Shown: in pieces, positions 54,139-64,000 of the stretch
How the letters are laid out: every line of letters begins with the position of its first letter
Numbering within the stretch: the first letter of the stretch is position 1
Assembly (NCBI GenBank): GCA_964016885.1
Contig: OZ024743.1
Location: 237,088,001-237,152,000 of the forward strand
Direction of reading: 5' to 3'
DNA: 64,000 bases
Source: Eledone cirrhosa
Taxonomy: Eukaryota
Notes under the pieces: generated by a model
What the model was told of the DNA's origin: nothing
Seen by the model: only the letters and a program-made list of their open reading frames with translations
Database searches by the model: none
Position numbers and translations under genes: made by a program

Positions 54139-57100
54139 GTGACACTGGTGGTCTAGTGTAGGAGAGGGTGGTGGGTGACACTGTTGGTCTAGTGTAGGAG
54201 AGGGTGGTGGGTGACACTGTTGGTTTAGTGTAGGAGAGGGTGGTGGATGACACTGTTGGTTTAGTGTAGGAGAGGGTGGTGGGTGACACTGGTGGTCTAG
54301 TGTAGGAGAGGGTGGTGGGTGACACTGTTGGTCTAGTGTAGGAGAGGGTGGTGGATGACACTGTTGGTTTAGTGTAGGAGAGGGTGGTGGGTGACACTGT
54401 TGGTCTAGTGTAGGAGAGGGTGGTGGATGACACTGTTGGTTTAGTGTAGGAGAGGGTGGTGGGTGACACTGTTGGTCTAGTTTAGGAGAGGGTGGTGGGT
54501 GACACTGTTGGTTTAGTGTAGGAGAGGGTGGTGGGTGACACTGTTGGTCTAGTGTAGGAGAGGGTGGTGGGTGACACTGTTGGTCTAGTGTAGGAGAGGG
54601 TGGTGGGTGACACTGTTGGTCTAGTGTAGGAGAGGGTGGTGGGTGACACTGTTGGTTTAGTGTAGGAGAGGGTGGTGGGTGACACTGTTGGTCTAGTTTA
54701 GGAGAGGGTGGTGGGTGACACTGTTGGTCTAGTGTAGGAGAGGGTGGTGGGTGACACTGTTGCTCTAGTGTAGGAGATGGTGGTGGGTGACACTGTTGGC
54801 TTAGTGTAGGAGAGGGTGGTGAGTGACACTGTTGGTCTAGTGTAGGAGATGGTGGTGGGTGACACTGTTGGCTTAGTGTAGGAGAGGGTGGTGGGTGACA
54901 CTGTTGGTCTAGTGTAGGAGATGGTGGTGGGTGACACTGTTGGCTTAGTGTAGGAGAGGGTGGTGGGTGACACTGTTGGTCTAGTGTAGGAAAGGGTGGT
55001 GGGTGACACTGTTGGTTTAGTGTAGGAGAGGGTGGTGGATGACACTGTTGGTTTAGTGTAGGAGAGGGTGGTGGGTGACACTGTTGGTTTAGTGTAGGTG
55101 AGGGTGGTGGGTGACACTGTTGGTTTAGTGTAGGAGAGGGTGGTGGGTGACACTGTTGGTCTAGTGTAGGAGAGGGTGGTGAGTGACACTGTTGGTCTTG
55201 TGTAGGAGAGGGCGGTGGGTGACACTGTTGGTCTAGTGAAGGAGAGGCTGGTGGGTGACACTGTTGGTCTAGTGAAGGAGAGGGTGGTGGGTGACACTGT
55301 TGGTCTAGTGTAGGAGAGGGTGGTGAGTGACACTGTTGGTCTTGTGTAGGAGAGGGCGGTGGGTGACACTGTTGGTCTAGTGTAGGAGAGGGTGGTGGGT
55401 GACACTGTTGGTTTAGTGTAGGAGAGGGTGGTGGGTGACACTGTTGGTCTAGTGTAGGAGATGGTGGTGGGTGACACTGTTGGCTTAGTGTAGGAGAGGG
55501 TGGTGGGTGACACTGTTGGTCTAGTGTAGGAAAGGGTGGTGGGTGACACTGTTGGTTTAGTGTAGGAGAGGGCGGTGGGTGACACTCTTGGTTTAGTGTA
55601 GGAGAGGGTGGTGGATGACACTGTTGGTTTAGTGTAGGAGAAGGTGGTGGGTGACACTGTTGGTCTAGTGTAGGAGAGGGTGGTGAGTGACACTGTTGGT
55701 CTTGTGTAGGAGAGGGCGGTGGGTGACACTGTTGGTCTAGTGAAGGAGAGGCTGGTGGGTGACACTGTTGGTCTAGTGAAGGAGAGGGTGGTGGGTGACA
55801 CTGTTGGTCTAGTGTAGGAGAGGGTGGTGGATGACACTGTTGGTTTAGTGTAGGAGAGGGTGGTGGGTGACACTGTTGGTCTAGTGTAGGAGAGGGTGGT
55901 GGGTGACACTGTTGGTCTAGTGTAGGAGAGGGTGGTGGGTGACACTGTTGGTGTAGTGTAGGAGAGGGTGGTGGATGACACTGTTGGTTTAGTGTAGGAG
56001 AGGGTGGTGGGTGACACTGTTGGTCTAGTGTAGGAGAGGGTGGTGGGTGACACTGTTGGTCTAGTGTAGGAGAGGGTGGTGGGTGACACTGTTGGGTAGT
56101 GTAGGAGAGGGTGGTGGATGACACTGTTGGTCTAGTGTAGGAGAGGGCGGTGAGTGACACTGTTGGTCTAGTGTAGGAGAGGGTGGTGGGTGACACTGTT
56201 GGTTTAGTGTAGGAGAGGGTGGTGGGTGACACTGTTGGTCTAGTGTAGGAGAGGGTGGTGGGTGACACTGTTGGTCTAGTGTAGGAGAGGGTGGTGGGTG
56301 ACACTGTTGGTTTAGTGTAGGAGAGGGTGGTGGATGACACTGTTGGTTTAGTGTAGGAGAGGGTGGTGGGTGACACTGTTGGTCTAGTGTAGGAGAGGGC
56401 GGTGGGTGACACTGTTGGTCTAGTGTAGGAGAGGGTGGTGGATGACACTGTTGGTTTAGTGTAGGAGAGGGTGGTGGGTGACACTGTTGGTCTAGTGAAG
56501 GAGAGGGCGGTGGGTGACACTGTTGGTCTAGTGTAAGAGAGGGTGGTGGGTGACACTGTTGGTCTAGTGTAGAAGAGGGTGGTGGGTGACACTGTTGGTC
56601 TAGTGTAGGAGAGGGTGGTGGATGACACTGTTGGTTTAGTGTAGGAGAGGGTGGTGGGTGACACTGTTGGTCTAGTGTAGGAGAGGGTGGTGGATGACAC
56701 TGTTGGTTTAGTGTAGGAGAGGGTGGTGGATGACACTGTTGGTTTAGTGTAGGAGAGGGTGGTGGGTGACACTGTTGGTCTAGTGTAGGAGAGGGCGGTG
56801 GGTGACACTGTTGGTCTAGTGTAGGAGAGGGTGGTGGGTGACACTGTTGGTCTAGTGTAGGAGAGGGTGGTGGGTGACACTGTTGGTCTAGTGTAGGAGA
56901 GGGTGGTGGGTGACACTGTTGGTCTAGTGTAGGAGAGGGTGGTGGGTGACACTGTTGGTCTAGTGTAGGAGAGGGTGGTGGATGACACTGTTGGTTTAGT
57001 GTAGGAGAGGGTGGTGGGGTGACACTGTTGGTCTAGTGTAGGAGAGGGTGGTGGGTGACACTGTTGGTCTAGTATAGGAGAGGGTGGTGGGTGGCACTGT

Positions 57101-60100
57101 TGGTCTAGTGTAGGAGAGGGTGGTGGGTGGCACTGTTGGTCTAGTGTAGGAGAGGGTGGTGGGTGACACTGTTGGTCTAGTGTAGGAGAGGGTGGTGGGT
57201 GACACTGTTGGTCTAGTGTAGGAGAGGGTGGTGGGTGACACTGTTGGTCTAGTGTAGGAGAGGGTGGTGGGTGACACTGTTGGTCTAGTGTAGGAGAGGG
57301 TGGTGGGTGACACTGTTGGTCTAGTGTAGGAGAGGGTGGTGGGTGACACTGTTGGTCTAGTGTAGGAGAGGGTGGTGGGTGACACTGTTGGTCTAGTGTA
57401 GGAGATGGTGGTGGGTGACACTGTTGGTCTAGTGTAGGAGAGGGTGGTGGGTGACACTGTTGGTCTGGTGTAGGAGAGGGTGGTGGGTGACACTGTTGGT
57501 CTAGTGTAGGAGATGGTGGTGGGTGACACTGTTGGTCTAGTGTAGGAGAGGGTGGTGGGTGACACTGTTGGTCTAGTGTAGGAGAGGGTGGTGGGTGACA
57601 CTGTTGGTCTAGTGTAAGAGAGGGTGGTGGGTGACACTGTTGGTATAGTGTAGGTGAGGGTGGTGGGTGACACTGTTGGTCTAGTGTAGGAGAGGGTGGT
57701 GGGTGACACTGTTGGTCTAGTGTAGGAGAGGGTGGTGGGTGACACTGTTGGTCTAGTGTAGGAGAGGGTTGTGGGTGACACTGTTGGTCTAGTGTAAGAG
57801 AGGGTGGTGGGTGACACTGTTGGTCTAGTGTAGGAGAGGGTGGTGGGTGACACTGTTGGTCTAGTGTAGGAGAGGGTGGTGGGTGACACTGTTGGTCTAG
57901 TGTAGGAGAGGGTTGTGGGTGACACTGTTGGTCTAGTGTAGGAGAGGGTTGTGGGTGACACTGTTGGTCTAGTGTAGGAGATGGTGGTGGGTGACACTGT
58001 TGGTCTAGTGTAGGAGAGGGTGGTGGGTGACACTGTTGGTCTAGTGTAGGAGAGGGTGGTGGGTGACACTGTTGGTCTAGTGTAAGAGAGGGTGGTGGGT
58101 GACACTGTTGGTCTAGTGTAGGTGAGGGTGGTGGGTGACACTGTTGGTCTAGTGTAAGAGAGGGCGGTGGGTGACACTGTTGGTCTAGTGTAGGAGAGGG
58201 TGGTGGGTGACACTGTTGGTCTAGTGTAGGAGAGGGTGGTGGGTGACACTGTTGGTCTAGTGTAGAAGAGGGCGGTGGGTGACACTGTTGGTCTAGTGTA
58301 AGAGAGGGCGGTGGGTGACACTGTTGGTCTAGTGTAGGAGAGGGTGGTGGGTGACACTGTTGGTCTAGTGTAGGAGAGGGTGGTGGGTGACACTGTTGGT
58401 CTAGTGTAGGAGAGGGTGGTGGGTGACACTGTTGGTGTAGTGTAGGAGAGGGTGGTGGGTGACACTGTTGGTCTACTGTAGGAGAGGGTGGTGGGTGACA
58501 CTGTTGTTCTAGTGTAAGAGAGGGCGGTGGGTGACACTGTTGGTCTAGTGTATGAGAGGGTGATGGGTGACACTGTTGGTCTAGTGTAGGAGAGGGCGGT
58601 GGGTGACACTGTTGGTCTAGTGTAAGAGAGGGCGGTGGGTGACACTGTTGGTCTAGTGTAGGAGAGGGTGGTGGGTGACACTGTTGGTCTAGTGTAGGAG
58701 AGGGTGGTGGGTGACACTGTTGGTCTAGTGTAGGAGAGGGTGGTGGGTGACACTGTTGGTCTAGTGTAAGAGAGGGCGGTGGGTAACACTGTTGGTCTAG
58801 TGTAGGAGAGGGCGGTGGGTGACACTGTTGGTCTAGTGTAGGAGAGGGTGGTGGGTGACACTGTTGGTCTAGTGTAGGAGATGGCGGTGGGTGACACTGT
58901 TGGTCTAGTGTAGGAGAGGGTGGTGGGTGACACTGTTGGTCTAGTGTAGGAGAGGGTTGTGGGTGACACTGTTGGTCTAGTGTAGGAGATGGTGGTGGGT
59001 GACACTGTTGGTCTAGTGTAGGAGAGGGTGGTGGGTGACACTGTTGGTTTAGTGTAGGAAAGGGTGGCGGGTGACACTGTTGGTCTAGTGTAGGAGAGGG
59101 CGGTGGGTGACACTGTTGGTCTAGTGTAGGAGAGGGCGGTGGGTGACACTGTTGGTCTAGTGTAGGAGAGGGCGGTGGGTGACACTGTTGGTCTAGTGTA
59201 GGAGAGGGTGGTGGATGACACTGTTGGTTTAGTGTAGGAGAGGGTGGTGGGTGACACTGTTGGTCTAGTGTAGGAGAGGGTGGTGGATGACACTGTTGGT
59301 TTAGTGTAGGAGAGGGTGGTGGATGACACTGTTGGTTTAGTGTAGGAGAGGGTGGTGGGTGACACTGTTGGTCTAGTGTAGGAGAGGGCGGTGGGTGACA
59401 CTGTTGGTCTAGTGTAGGAGAGGGTGGTGGGTGACACTGTTGGTCTAGTGTAGGAGAGGGTGGTGGGTGACACTGTTGGTCTAGTGTAGGAGAGGGTGGT
59501 GGGTGACACTGTTGGTCTAGTGTAGGAGAGGGTGGTGGGTGACACTGTTGGTCTAGTGTAGGAGAGGGTGGTGGATGACACTGTTGGTTTAGTGTAGGAG
59601 AGGGTGGTGGGTGACACTGTTGGTCTAGTGTAGGAGAGGGTGGTGGGTGACACTGTTGGTCTAGTATAGGAGAGGGTGGTGGGTGGCACTGTTGGTCTAG
59701 TGTAGGAGAGGGTGGTGGGTGGCACTGTTGGTCTAGTGTAGGAGAGGGTGGTGGGTGACACTGTTGGTCTAGTGTAGGAGAGGGTGGTGGGTGACACTGT
59801 TGGTCTAGTGTAGGAGAGGGTGGTGGGTGACACTGTTGGTCTAGTGTAGGAGAGGGTGGTGGGTGACACTGTTGGTCTAGTGTAGGAGAGGGTGGTGGGT
59901 GACACTGTTGGTCTAGTGTAGGAGAGGGTGGTGGGTGACACTGTTGGTCTAGTGTAGGAGAGGGTGGTGGGTGACACTGTTGGTCTAGTGTAGGAGAGGG
60001 CGGTGGGTGACACTGTTGGTCTAGTGTAGGAGAGGGTGGTGGGTGACACTGTTGGTCTAGTGTAGGAGAGGGTGGTGGGTGACACTGTTGGTCTAGTGTA

Positions 60101-63100
60101 GGAGAGGGTGGTGGGTGACACTGTTGGTCTAGTGTAGGAGAGGGTTGTGGGTGACACTGTTGGTCTAGTGTAGGAGATGGTGGTGGGTGACACTGTTGGT
60201 CTAGTGTAGGAGAGGGTGGTGGGTGACACTGTTGGTCTAGTGTAGGAGAGGGTGGTGGGTGACACTGTTGGTCTAGTGTAGGAGATGGTGGTGGGTGACA
60301 CTGTTGGTCTAGTGTAGGAGAGGGTGGTGGGTGACACTGTTGGTCTAGTGTAGGAGAGGGTGGTGGGTGACACTGTTGGTCTAGTGTAGGAGAGGGTGGT
60401 GGGTGACACTGTTGGTCTAGTGTAGGAGATGGTGGTGGGTGACACTGTTGGTCTAGTGTAGGAGAGGGTGGTGGGTGACACTGTTGGTCTAGTGTAGGAG
60501 AGGGTGGTGGGTGACACTGTTGGTCTAGTGTAAGAGAGGGTGGTGGGTGACACTGTTGGTCTAGTGTAGGTGAGGGTGGTGGGTGACACTGTTGGTCTAG
60601 TGTAGGAGAGGGTGGTGGGTGACACTGTTGGTCTAGTGTAGGAGAGGGTGGTGGGTGACACTGTTGGTCTAGTGTAGGAGAGGGTTGTGGGTGACACTGT
60701 TGGTCTAGTGTAGGAGAGGGTGGTGGGTGACACTGTTGGTCTAGTGTAGGAGAGGGTGGTGGGTGACACTGTTGGTCTAGTGTAAGAGAGGGTGGTGGGT
60801 GACACTGTTGGTCTAGTGTAGGTGAGGGTGGTGGGTGACACTGTTGGTCTAGTGTAAGAGAGGGCGGTGGGTGACACTGTTGGTCTAGTGTAGGAGAGGG
60901 TGGTGGGTGACACTGTTGGTCTAGTGTAGGAGAGGGTGGTGGGTGACACTGTTGGTCTAGTGTAGAAGAGGGCGGTGGGTGACACTGTTGGTCTAGTGTA
61001 AGAGAGGGCGGTGGGTGACACTGTTGGTCTAGTGTAGGAGAGGGTGGTGGGTGACACTGTTGGTCTAGTGTAGGAGAGGGTGGTGGGTGACACTGTTGGT
61101 CTAGTGTAGGAGAGGGTGGTGGGTGACACTGTTGGTGTAGTGTAGGAGAGGGTGGTGGGTGACACTGTTGGTCTACTGTAGGAGAGGGTGGTGGGTGACA
61201 CTGTTGTTCTAGTGTAAGAGAGGGCGGTGGGTGACACTGTTGGTCTAGTGTATGAGAGGGTGATGGGTGACACTGTTGGTCTAGTGTAGGAGAGGGCGGT
61301 GGGTGACACTGTTGGTCTAGTGTAAGAGAGGGCGGTGGGTGACACTGTTGGTCTAGTGTAGGAGAGGGTGGTGGGTGACACTGTTGGTCTAGTGTAGGAG
61401 AGGGTGGTGGGTGACACTGTTGGTCTAGTGTAGGAGAGGGTGGTGGGTGACACTGTTGGTCTAGTGTAAGAGAGGGCGGTGGGTAACACTGTTGGTCTAG
61501 TGTAGGAGAGGGCGGTGGGTGACACTGTTGGTCTAGTGTAGGAGAGGGTGGTGGGTGACACTGTTGGTCTAGTGTAGGAGATGGCGGTGGGTGACACTGT
61601 TGGTCTAGTGTAAGAGAGGGCGGTGGGTGACACTGTTGGTCTAGTGTAGGAGAGGGTGGTGGGTGACACTGTTGGTCTAGTGTAGGAGAGAGTGGTGGGT
61701 GACACTGTTGGTCTAGTGTAGGAGAGGGCGGTGGGTGACACTGTTGGTCTAGTGTAGGAGAGGGCGGTGGGTGACACTGTTGGTCTAGTGTAGGAGAGGG
61801 TGGTGGGTGACACTGTTGGTCTAGTGTAGGAGAGGGTGGTGGGTCACACTGTTGGTCTAGTGTAGGAGAGGGTGGTGGGTGACACTGTTGGTCTAGTGTA
61901 GGAGAGGGTGGTGGGTGACACTGTTGGTCTAGTGTAGGAGAGGGTGGTGGGTGACACTGTTGGTCTAGTGTAGGAGAGGGTTGTGGGTGACACTGTTGGT
62001 CTAGTGTAGGAGATGGTGGTGGGTGACACTGTTGGTCTAGTGTAGGAGAGGGTGGTGGGTGACACTGTTGGTTTAGTGTAGGAAAGGGTGGCGGGTGACA
62101 CTGTTGGTCTAGTGTAGGAGAGGGCGGTGGGTGACACTGTTGGTCTAGTGTAGGAGAGGGCGGTGGGTGACACTGTTGGTCTAGTGTAGGTGAGGGTGGT
62201 GGGTGACACTGTTGGTCTAGTGTAAGAGAGGGCGGTGGGTGACACTGTTGGTCTAGTGTAGGAGAGGGTGGTGGGTGACACTGTTGGTCTAGTGTAGGAG
62301 AGGGTGGTGGGTGACACTGTTGGTCTAGTGTAGAAGAGGGCGGTGGGTGACACTGTTGGTCTAGTGTAAGAGAGGGCGGTGGGTGACACTGTTGGTCTAG
62401 TGTAGGAGAGGGTGGTGGGTGACACTGTTGGTCTAGTGTAGGAGAGGGTGGTGGGTGACACTGTTGGTCTAGTGTAGGAGAGGGTGGTGGGTGACACTGT
62501 TGGTGTAGTGTAGGAGAGGGTGGTGGGTGACACTGTTGGTCTACTGTAGGAGAGGGTGGTGGGTGACACTGTTGTTCTAGTGTAAGAGAGGGCGGTGGGT
62601 GACACTGTTGGTCTAGTGTATGAGAGGGTGGTGGGTGACACTGTTGGTCTAGTGTAGGAGAGGGCGGTGGGTGACACTGTTGGTCTAGTGTAAGAGAGGG
62701 CGGTGGGTGACACTGTTGGTCTAGTGTAGGAGAGGGTGGTGGGTGACACTGTTGGTCTAGTGTAGGAGAGGGTGGTGGGTGACACTGTTGGTCTAGTGTA
62801 GGAGAGGGTGGTGGGTGACACTGTTGGTCTAGTGTAAGAGAGGGCGGTGGGTAACACTGTTGGTCTAGTGTAGGAGAGGGCGGTGGGTGACACTGTTGGT
62901 CTAGTGTAGGAGAGGGTGGTGGGTGACACTGTTGGTCTAGTGTAGGAGAGGGCGGTGGGTGACACTGTTGGTCTAGTGTAAGAGAGGGCGGTGGGTGACA
63001 CTGTTGGTCTAGTGTAGGAGAGGGTGGTGGGTGACACTGTTGGTCTAGTGTAGGAGAGAGTGGTGGGTGACACAGTTGGTCTAGTGTAGGAGAGGGCGGT

Positions 63101-64000
63101 GGGTGACACTGTTGGTCTAGTGTAGGAGAGGGCGGTGGGTGACACTGTTGGTCTAGTGTAGGAGAGGGTGGTGGGTGACACTGTTGGTCTAGTGTAGGAG
63201 AGGGTGGTGGGTGACACTGTTGGTCTAGTGTAGGAGAGGGTTGTGGGTGACACTGTTGGTCTAGTGTAGGAGATGGTGGTGGGTGACACTGTTGGTCTAG
63301 TGTAGGTGAGGGTGGTGGGTGACACTGTTGGTCTAGTGTAAGAGAGGGCGGTGGGTGACACTGTTGGTCTAGTGTAGGAGAGGGTGGTGGGTGACACTGT
63401 TGGTCTAGTGTAGGAGAGGGTGGTGGGTGACACTGTTGGTCTAGTGTAGAAGAGGGTGGTGGGTGACACTGTTGGTCTAGTGTAAGAGAGGGCGGTGGGT
63501 GACACTGTTGGTCTAGTGTAGGAGAGGGTGGTGGGTGACACTGTTGGTCTAGTGTAGGAGAGGGTGGTGGGTGACACTGTTGGTTTAGTGTAGGAGAGGG
63601 TGGTGGGTGACACTGTTGGTCTAGTGTAGGAGAGGGTGGTGGGTGACACTGTTGGCTTAGTGTAGGAGAGGGTGGTGGGTGACACTGTTGGTCTAGTGTA
63701 GGAGAGGTTGGTGGGTGACACTGTTGGTTTAGTGTAGGAGAGGGTGGTGGATGACACTGTTGGTTTAGTGTAGGAGAGGGTGGTGGGTGACACTGTTGGT
63801 CTAGTGTAGGAGAGGGCGGTGGGTGACACTGTTGGTCTAGTGTAGGAGAGGGTGGTGGATGACACTGTTGGTTTAGTGTAGGAGAGGGTGGTGGGTGACA
63901 CTGTTGGTCTAGTGAAGGAGAGGGCGGTGGGTGACACTGTTGGTCTAGTGTAAGAGAGGGTGGTGGGTGACACTGTTGGTCTAGTGTAGGAGAGGGTGGT
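54139..64000. repeat. G-rich 36-bp satellite, ~274 copies, runs off window end
   Basis: Unit GTGACACTGTTGGTCTAGTGTAGGAGAGGGTGGTGG. Highly homogeneous, with single-base indels near 56095 and 57018. Confidence 0.98.

Noticed and set aside
54031-63973. Long minus-strand ORFs (up to 1605 aa) resembling mucin/extensin PTS repeats
   Set aside because: They follow automatically from a stop-free 36-bp unit and use non-ATG starts. Frameshifts (~56095, ~57018), in-frame TAA variants (~54482, ~54698) and mostly amino-acid-changing variants show no coding constraint.
54139-64000. Telomeric array
   Set aside because: G-rich but not TTAGGG-based. At most subtelomeric, which cannot be judged from this window.

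Overview
Eukaryotic, AT-rich, repeat-dominated DNA. The degenerate SINEs and MITEs resemble repeats I recall from octopus (coleoid cephalopod) genomes; this is recollection, not a database result. About 85% of the window is tandem array: a 43-bp satellite (~4.8-14.1 kb), 24-bp and 20-bp minisatellites joined by a perfect hairpin (17.3-19.6 kb), seven 56-bp repeats (19.9-20.3 kb), a ~33-kb 22-26-bp satellite with nested duplications up to ~10 kb (20.6-54.0 kb), and a G-rich 36-bp satellite (54.1 kb to the end). The remaining sequence holds microsatellites, tRNA-derived SINEs, a Mariner-type MITE, a TTAA/piggyBac-type MITE and two head-to-tail non-autonomous Helitrons. Helitron 1 retains an intact spliced 107-aa ORF with STPR-like repeats that the ORF track misses. 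Two minus-strand microexon candidates (43 nt in a ~140-bp island between the two largest satellites; 48 nt at 3.3 kb) suggest the arrays may lie in giant introns of an unidentified host gene. The long ORFs in the supplied track are best explained as repeat artefacts. No rRNA, intact tRNA or CRISPR array was seen.
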